Shown here in pieces: positions 57,195-64,000 of a DNA stretch of 64,000 bases. The translations under genes were made by a program, and so were the position numbers. The stretch is from NCBI GenBank assembly GCA_000004985.1, contig GG738851.1; one strand, given 5' to 3'. The stretch's first letter is position 1. Every line of letters begins with the position of its first letter. This DNA comes from Naegleria gruberi. Taxonomy: Eukaryota. The notes below the pieces were generated by a model that did no database searches, was not told the origin of the DNA, and saw only the letters and a list, made by a program, of their open reading frames with translations.

Positions 57195-57720
57195 AGTAAT
57201 TCTGACGCGAAGAAGAACAAATTAATAACGAATAAATCAAATGGTAATACTTCGCACTCAAAAATTGGAGATTATGAAAGATTTCTTATTTGGTGATAAT
57301 TATGAGTGAACAATGATTTTCAAAGGCTTGTTCAAAAAATGTGAAATAATTTGATGAACATGAGTATTTAATTGGGTTCCTCAATCATCCACTTAAAAAC
57401 CATCATGCTCCCGTTCGCTTCCTCTTCATCTCATTCAAAGAGAAGTAAGAAGAAGCGAATAAGTACATCATCTAATGTTCAAAGTGGTAGTAGCAGTGGT
57501 TTATCTAATATCACCATCAAGAGAGTTGGATTTTTTCCACTTAGTATTCATAGAGTTGTGGAATTTTCACCTATTATGGAAGAAATTGTGAATTGTTTGA
57601 TTGTAATGGAGTTACCACTTCATCACAAGTTTGCTCTGCGCGTGGAGGTCCTGCTTAGAACTCTAAAATGTGGGTAAAATTTATGTTGATTTTCCAAGAA
57701 ATGCATTCATAAAAGTTGGT

Positions 57721-57900
57721 GGCTTAGTCAGCTCCAACTTTCACTTCTTAGGTGTGAAAGTTATGTGTAAACTAAAGTTAGGGGGCTCTACTTTTATTAA
57801 CTTTTATACAGTGGACAGTAAAAGTTGGGTGCTGTCTTTAAATTAGTTAAGGGTTATCTTTTAAGGCTCACTTTTCACTTCTTTTTTCAATCAATATTGA
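57721..57900. repeat. Short degenerate repeat block (imperfect iterations of aaagtta/aagttgg and two copies of c.ac.tttcacttctt)
   Basis: ggtgtgaaagttatgtgtaaactaaagttaggggg...gtaaaagttgggtg...aattagttaagggtt; tccaactttcacttcttagg and ggctcacttttcacttcttttttc. Not coding; it lies between the BCS1-like gene and tRNA-Gln. Confidence 0.3.
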
Positions 57901-58733
57901 CTCACACAAGAACAACGTTGAAATTCATATAAATAAACTTTATTGTATAATACTAATTCATTGTAATAATTATACTTTAACTGGTAAATATATTAACCAT
58001 GCTGAATGATGTCACATTGTAAATATACCAGAGTTACTATAATTAAATTATAATTAATCTAATTAAGTAAAAAGCATCAATAGTATTGCTAATAGATTTG
58101 AAATTAGATTGTTAATTATGAATAGATTTTCCACATCAATAACAAAAAGTATGATTAATGGTTAATATTAGTAAAAAGTAGGTTAGTTCAAAAGAATGGA
58201 ATGACATTTCAACATTCTAGTGAAGGAAAGGAAGATATGACATCTGTATGATCTCAATCATTCAATATACTTACTCTGATCATCTTTGTATCCTTCCGTC
58301 ACTTTGAAACGGAGACTACAATAGTCGCAAGCTTAATCTATTGAATGTCCCTCATCATATCTAGATGTTGTTACTACTATGGGCATCTTCCATTGAAATG
58401 TCTAATCCCCCAATCTCTTCACTTCCATTTAATTCTTCCTCACTCTCCTCCGAATCATCACTCTCCGAAAATACAATCTTTTCTTCTTGGTTATCCTCTT
58501 TCATAACACAACCATTCTTATTCTTCCACCATCTTTTCCTTCAAGTTTGGAGATTGATTCTCTGAGTTGAGCAATAATGAGCCCGAGATCCTTCTTCTCA
58601 ACTTCATCATTTCTCATCAGAAATTAATTTTTCAAGCTTTTCAAGAGTTGAATCTTTTTCTTCAGCCAATTTTTTACTGGTGGCCAGTTGTTCACCAATT
58701 TCCTCCTTTGCTCTTCTTGTTTGCTTCTAGTAG

Positions 58734-58804
58734 CGGCGTATGATGCAGAGGTAGCATGTTGGACTCTGAATCCAAATACGCAGGTTCGATTCCTGCTACG
58801 CTGG
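58734..58804 (+). tRNA. tRNA-Gln (anticodon CUG)
   Basis: Cloverleaf folded by hand. Acceptor CGGCGTA pairs with TACGCTG (one G-U). D-arm ATGC-AGAGGTA-GCAT. Anticodon stem TTGGA/TCCAA with loop CTCTGAA (anticodon CTG). 4-nt variable loop. T-arm GCAGG-TTCGATT-CCTGC. Box A/B-like internal promoter elements. T5 terminator 7 nt downstream. Confidence 0.8.
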
Positions 58805-58810
58805 TTTAAC

Positions 58811-58820
58811 TTTTTATTTT
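58811..58820 (+). terminator. Pol III T-run terminator (tttttatttt) downstream of tRNA-Gln
   Basis: T5 then T4 immediately 3' of the tRNA. Confidence 0.5.
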
Positions 58821-59298
58821 AGACTTCCATCTTTTAAATCTTTGCATATAGTTGTTTATCTATCAAAATCTCAAATATCACCTTCTATCTCTAAATATCC
58901 ATTGAGAATGAGCTGTTCTAAAGAATCCAAAATATTGTTAGATTATTTTTTTCTTGCATCGAAGCAACAAGTCTATTTTGCCGACTCATTGATAATTTTT
59001 TTGGATCGCTGAGTTTCAATGATAGCATTTCTAAGGTTGGAGACAGGTTTGTGATTGGTACGGTTGCACAAGACCCATCCATTATATATGGATTTGAAGT
59101 ACTATATTTCAGATCTTTCATTGTGGCAGCATTTTTCCACAGTGAATCTGTAGTTTCACCCTTGAGCACCTTATTTATCATGGCTCGTGCCATAATCTAT
59201 TCAGATTCTCATAGGTTATATAAATTATTTGGAGTTCATTAAAAAAAAATGTCTCCTAAAATCTCAACCTATAATGATGATCACTCACACGTCCACTG

Positions 59299-60435
59299 TT
59301 GGACGCATTTAATGATGATGTGTTACGATTAATTTTATCATTTCTTCATCAAGCCGATTTATTACAATTGGAAATTGTTTCTAAAGGATTGAGAATTTGT
59401 CAGCTTTGTTCCGAAGATCAATATTGGAAGGAATTTTGTTTGGATCATGTTCGGATGATGAAGAAGGAATGTCAAGAATTTAATAATCTATTTTATAAAG
59501 GGAGTGGTGGATCGAGAGAAATTCGACATTTATTGCAAAAGTATGAGCAATTCCTGATATTGGAATGTGATTTTAAAAAACATTTTGTAGAAGTGTGGAG
59601 AATGATTGAAAATCTTGTTGAACAAGATCATGCGAGAGTTATTAGACGAATTGATCAATTGGAACAAGTGAAGAGCAAACAACCATTTATTGATCTGTCT
59701 GAAATTAGAAAGTATACACTGAAAGATTATTCAAAAAAGGATTTACCAAGTTATAAAATTACACAAATTGGTAGGTATTAGTCGAAATTTATTAGAAAGG
59801 AATTATGATGATTATTTTCAATAATAATTAGGTGATGGAGCTATTGGAAAAACGTGTCTCTTTATCAGAATGGCCTTAAACACCTTTCCAGAGGACTATG
59901 TTCCAACAGTATTCGATAATTATAGTGCCAATTTTATTTGTCAAGACATGACATTCAATCTCTCCCTTTTTGATACATCTGGTGCAGATGGTATGTTTTC
60001 ATGATTCAGATTTTTCGTCATATTTTGGATTTTATCACCATTTAAAGAGTATGTACAAGGATCATACATGGTCCTGATGTATTATAGAGATACAAGTTTA
60101 TTCCTTTTGAGTTTAGTTGTCTTTCTGTTCGGTCATTGGAGAATATTATTGACAAGTGGATTTCTTTAATTAGAGGTCAAAATCCTAGTACACCAATAGC
60201 TCTCGTATGTACAAAAATCGATGTGAGGAATAATAGCAAAGAGTGTAAACGTCAACTAAGAACTAGACTTACCAAACCATTAACATATGAAATTGGTGAA
60301 TCATTAGCAAAGAAATTAGGATGTATTGCTTATTTCGAAACAAGTGCATTGACCAGTGAAGGAATGGATTATTTTCCGAAGGATATCATCAAGGCATATC
60401 TTAAAAAGAGAAGGAAGGATTGCATATTACAGTAA
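59299..60435 (+). CDS. F-box domain fused to an atypical Rho-family small GTPase (catalytic Gln absent, C-terminal CAAX box CILQ). Three exons: 59299..59770, 59832..59990, 60048..60435, with a -1 frame discontinuity near 60097. The 5' start is unresolved.
   Basis: ORF 59299..59781 encodes an F-box (FNDDVLRLILSFLHQADLLQLEIVSKGLRICQLCSEDQYWKEFC). The donor G|GTAGGT (59771) and acceptor AG (59830-31) give ...SYKITQIG|DGAIGKTCLFIRMALNTFPEDYVPTVFDNYSANF..., recreating the Rho P-loop (K.VVVGDGAVGKTCL) across the intron. Second intron GTATGT 59991 / AAAG 60046-47. ORF 60136..60435 supplies ...FENIIDKW...PIALVCTKIDVRNN...YFETSALT...KKRRKDCILQ*. Switch II reads DTSGADG, not DTAGQE. Confidence 0.6.
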
Positions 60436-60569
60436 TAGTTTCTTTTATATTGGTAATGTAATATTTATTAACTAGGAACCAATTCACGCTCAATGTTGAT
60501 GAGATTTTCAACGTTTTTAGAGACTTGTATTAAGGCACGAATAAGGGGTGTTTGTTAAGACAATGTGAA

Positions 60570-60642
60570 GCTGGCGTAGCTCAGTCGGTAGAGCGTTGGT
60601 CTAATAAGCCATTGGTCGCCGGTTCGATCCCGTCCGTCAGCA
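60570..60642 (+). tRNA. tRNA-Ile (anticodon AAU); stems carry two mismatches, so possibly a slightly degenerate copy
   Basis: Acceptor GCTGGCG pairs with CGTCAGC (one G-U), followed by discriminator A. D-arm GCTC-AGTCGGTA-GAGC (box A). Anticodon stem TTGGT/GCCAT (one T-T mismatch) with loop CTAATAA (anticodon AAT). T-arm GCCGG-TTCGATC-CCGTC (box B; one C-T mismatch). TTTT at 60647..60650. The track's minus-strand ORF 60555..60791 is just this tRNA read as protein. Confidence 0.7.
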
Positions 60643-60646
60643 GATG

Positions 60647-60650
60647 TTTT
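60647..60650 (+). terminator. Pol III T4 terminator downstream of tRNA-Ile
   Basis: tttt 5 nt after the tRNA 3' end. Confidence 0.4.
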
Positions 60651-61225
60651 AGGTTTGGATAACAACTTCATAACAAATATTATAAATAAAGAGCAAAGTT
60701 CCCAAAATGAATAAATATTGAAGTTGCCCAGTAGATGCATGAACACAACTCTGCGCCATTGTCTTTTGAGACTGAGGAGAAAACAGTTCATTCTATATTG
60801 TGAATGTTATCCTACACGAAAGGAAAGGATTATTATTGAAGAATTATTCAAATAAAAGTTTCTTATAAAAATATGCAAAAGAATTCATCTCATCAGGATA
60901 TGGTGAGCGAGGACTTCTTGTAAATCCTTTCTCCCCATTCCCAACTACTTTACCAGTAGTAAGATCTCCTCAGGGAGATCACTTGACTTGGTGGTCTGTT
61001 GTTCCATTTAATGGTAACTATTTGCAATTCTCAATATAATTAACTATGAACCATAGTGTTGGAATGGAGAAAAGAGAAAATATATTTGTTATTGTGGTTT
61101 TATTGGTTTCTAAATTATTCAAAATGTTTCAATAGCGAAATTAAGACTTCAAAACTGATGGTTTTAAAAATATATGTTGGTAAATTTAAGTAAAAATTTA
61201 ATTTTACTTGCTGTCCATGTTCTTT

Positions 61226-63457
61226 TTACCAAGATAAAAAGATAGCAATCTTGGCTCTTGATGTTCCAATTATACCTTGATTTTGTAAACCGTACTCTGA
61301 GGAAAAGTAGAGAATTGGTCCCTTCTTTCTTTCCACTCGATCCTTCTCACTTGTATTATTAGCTAGAGGTGGTAAAGTATAGGCAAATACATAGTTATTT
61401 CCTGAAAAGATTTGGGGCAGTGGCGGCAGAATGACTTCACCAATCAATCTCTTTTCCTCCTTTTGAAATGCCTTCTTTTCTTTGAGAAGGATTTTAATTT
61501 GATCGAACATGATAGCATAGCAAACATCTGGATTGGCATCTGGACCAGTAATATCACTATTCAGTAATTATTAAATTCCATAAATTATTCCAAAAATTGA
61601 AAAGTATTCCAAATAAATCTTGAGTCATTAAAGTTAATAGAGATACATACTATTCGAAAATCTCGTTAAATTTAGGGTTCTTACTCTTAATAACCTTAGT
61701 TTTACACTTGTCGTCGTTAAACCATAGAGAAATATACACATCCGATAAGAATGGAATATCTTCCACACTTTCCAATTTTACAATTAGTTTCTTTGGTGGA
61801 AGAGGTTGAAATTCATTGCTCGATCTAAATTTCCATCCCAGCTTTGGTTTGTAATGAATTCCTCCCACGATTTGTCTCCCAAAATTGTTCTTTCTATTAT
61901 TTACAATTGTATTAAATCTACACAATTCCTTTGCATTATCTTCTCCATATGTCAAATCCAAAATACTCAATGTCATTTTGTTTGAGAAGGGCACTCTCTT
62001 GATGATTTTAGTTTCTCCCTTTCTCTTTTGAATTTGTTGCTTGAGGAAGAATTCAGGTGATGTGAATTCAACAAAGAAAATTACATAGTGGAATCTTTCA
62101 TCGGTGAGGGTTTGATACTTGTCCTGTTTTCCTTTTTTCAAATTTAACAATGCAATTTCCTCCTGAACTGTTGCCTTCTTTGATGAAGTCGTCGATTGTT
62201 CATCTCCTGATCCATCATTTGATGTGTTATCAGTTGGTTTTTCCTCTGCATCCTTTGTTCGTGTATCTAGGAATGAAATACTTTCGAATGCAGAAATTTC
62301 ATCCAATTTTAATCCTTTCTTCTTCAGGGTCTTTTCATGCTTGGGAATGGAAGCAATACTGTGAAATGTTCTTGGTCCATTACTTTGATCGGAGGCAAAA
62401 TAACAAATTGGAGCTCCAAAACTAGAATATGCCACTGCATACATTGTGTATGGCACATCCACTTCAATGGTTTCCTCCTTTGTTGTGTGTGATTTTGCTG
62501 ACTCTTTCACTTCTCTAGAAATTGAATCCTCTCTCGCTAATTCATCATAGAAACCTGTCATGTTTTCATCATCATTATCATCATTATAATTTTAAAGAGA
62601 AATATTCGATAAATATTATAATCCGATTATTGTGTTAATATTCAATTATTAATTTGTCAAACGGATCATCACTTACCATAATCATCATTATCGAAAAACT
62701 TTTGTTTCGTCTTCATTCTATGATTATTAGCCGAATCTTCTTCTTGTGCTGTTCTAGTATGTCTCAGCACTGACCAAGCTCTTTCATTTTCCATCTCCTT
62801 TTCAACAGCTGTCTTTTCATATCTCAGTTTTACTGCTAGTTTTGTGCATTTCGAAATATCAAAATCCTTGTTCAGAGTCAAAGTCTGTCCTTTCCCATTC
62901 GTTGAAACTATTCTCGAAATGGCCATTGGCACTTCATCTTCCTCCTGTTCATCAAGTTGAGTTGATGAAGTCGATTGTTTCTTACTCTTTTCCAAACTTT
63001 CTTTTTTAATATTTACACCATACAATTGTTTAACCTGTTGTTCTGGATCTTCATCCGATTCTTCATCCGAATCAATATCATCATCATTATCATCATGTTT
63101 TACTTGAGTAAAATCATTCTGAGTCAATAATCCACTGAAAAAACTCTTCACTCCATCAAAAAGAGAACCTGTTGTTGTTGTAGCACCACCAGAAAAATCA
63201 TTCATATTTCCATTAGCAGCACCACCACCACCACCAGAATTTGATGATGAATAATTAATTTCTGATTGATTGGCTGACCAAGGTTGATTCGGAGGAGGAG
63301 GAAAAGATAATATTTGATTATTAGGATCGTATGGATTGTATTGATGAGAGGGATGAGAATGATGATGATTGAAAGATTGAGCATGTTGTTGTTGAGGTGG
63401 TTGATTGTTCCCGCCGCCGCTTCCTTGTGGATCGTAGAAGAAGGTGTTGTGTTGCAT
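61226..63457 (-). CDS. C2 domain protein (~671 aa) with a Gln/Asn/Gly/Pro-rich, acidic N-terminal region. Three exons: 62677..63457, 61651..62554, 61226..61556.
   Basis: Three minus ORFs in the track are joined by two introns. Intron 1: GTAAGT at plus 62676..62671 directly after ...DNDDYG; ACAG acceptor at plus 62558..62555; phase 1, giving ...DYG|G|FYDELARED.... Intron 2: GTATGT at plus 61650..61645; AATAG acceptor at plus 61561..61557; phase 2. The C2 signature spans the last two exons: ...IVKLESVEDIPFLSDVYISLWFNDDKCKTKVIKSKNPKFNEIFE|YDITGPDANPDVCYAIMFDQ.... Confidence 0.7.
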
Positions 63458-64000
63458 TTTTTTTTCTCTTAGAGTTTCGTCAGCTATCTTGTGTGATCAA
63501 GAGTGGTGTGAGGGTTAGAGATAGTATGTTTTACAATGTTGATGGTTTAGGTTGGCTGTAGTTGAGTATGTGAACTGCTTGGTTTTTTGTTCATGTCTAT
63601 TAATGTGTCTTGGTTTCGATTAAGATACACGAAAGGTCATGTGGGTAAATGGAAATATCATTTGGATAACGGAAAATTTTTTTTTTATTAAAAAAATTCA
63701 GAAAAAATTATTGTTTGATGAAGTGAAAGGTAATCCTCTTTTGCTTTGTCACTTCAAGTAAACTGTGTCTAGAAGCTATCCTCCTGCTGCCCATCCTCTA
63801 TCCGAGTTTATATCTATTTTTCATCATCGTTGATATTAATAATAGTAGAAATTAGATAGTAGAAGCAATCGTACAAATGCACATTGTGGAACAACAGCAA
63901 CAATTAATTCATTGTGATGAGAATTTTGCATCGCACTTAGAATATTCGATAAGCAACAAGGTATCTGTGAGGAAGGCCAAATTTGAACACGAGGAAGGAT

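Noticed and set aside
57372-57677. 101-aa ORF downstream of the BCS1-like gene
   Set aside because: No domain and no codon bias. It is probably 3' UTR or intergenic; retained only as a possibility.
60555-60791. Minus-strand 78-aa ORF overlapping 60570..60642
   Set aside because: It is the tRNA-Ile gene read as protein (its translation contains the tRNA T-arm); it is not coding.
1-64000. Prokaryotic interpretation (operons, CRISPR arrays, defence islands)
   Set aside because: Multiple phase-consistent GT-AG introns, eukaryote-only domain families (F-box, RGS, Rho+CAAX, ULK, Kelch, TMEM131), and Pol III tRNA genes. No direct-repeat/spacer arrays are present.
1-64000. Ciliate or other alternative genetic code
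   Set aside because: ORFs of 1100-1500 codons contain no in-frame TAA/TAG and end at ordinary stops.

Overview
This 64 kb window is eukaryotic nuclear DNA, not prokaryotic. It is AT-rich (roughly 65-70% AT overall, intergenic stretches >80% AT). Genes are compact (about one per 2.5 kb) and carry short spliceosomal introns (40-250 nt, GTAAGT/GTATGT...AG). Low-complexity Asn/Gln/Ser/His tracts recur, and the two tRNA genes have internal A/B boxes and downstream T-run Pol III terminators. A highly expressed gene shows Dictyostelium-type codon bias (AAG, TTC, GGT, CCA). Long ORFs have no in-frame TAA/TAG, so the standard code applies and ciliates are excluded. My inference is a dictyostelid social amoeba less AT-rich than D. 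discoideum (a Polysphondylium/Heterostelium/Cavenderia-like draft assembly); this is inference, no search was run. A 2486-nt N-gap (53872..56357) truncates two genes. I call about 29 protein-coding genes or fragments. The most unusual are: an F-box fused to an atypical Rho GTPase lacking the catalytic Gln; a large polytopic membrane protein with a PAS domain and a single class III cyclase domain bearing adenylyl-type specificity residues; a divergent Hsp70-like nucleotide-binding domain on a long N-terminal extension; a DUF4116-repeat protein; a Cys/Lys/Tyr-rich secreted repeat protein; and a codon-biased secreted protein with two beta-sandwich-like halves. Other calls: class I aminotransferase, ULK/Atg1-like kinase, atypical protein kinase, BCS1-like AAA ATPase fragment, RGS protein, Kelch protein, TMEM131-like protein, two C2 proteins, tRNA-Gln(CUG) and tRNA-Ile(AAU). 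Several genes show +/-1 frame discontinuities between well-supported exons, consistent with homopolymer indel errors in a draft assembly (or pseudogenisation). Exon coordinates were derived by hand from GT-AG signals and frame continuity and are anchored to the ORF track; individual splice sites may be off by a few nt.
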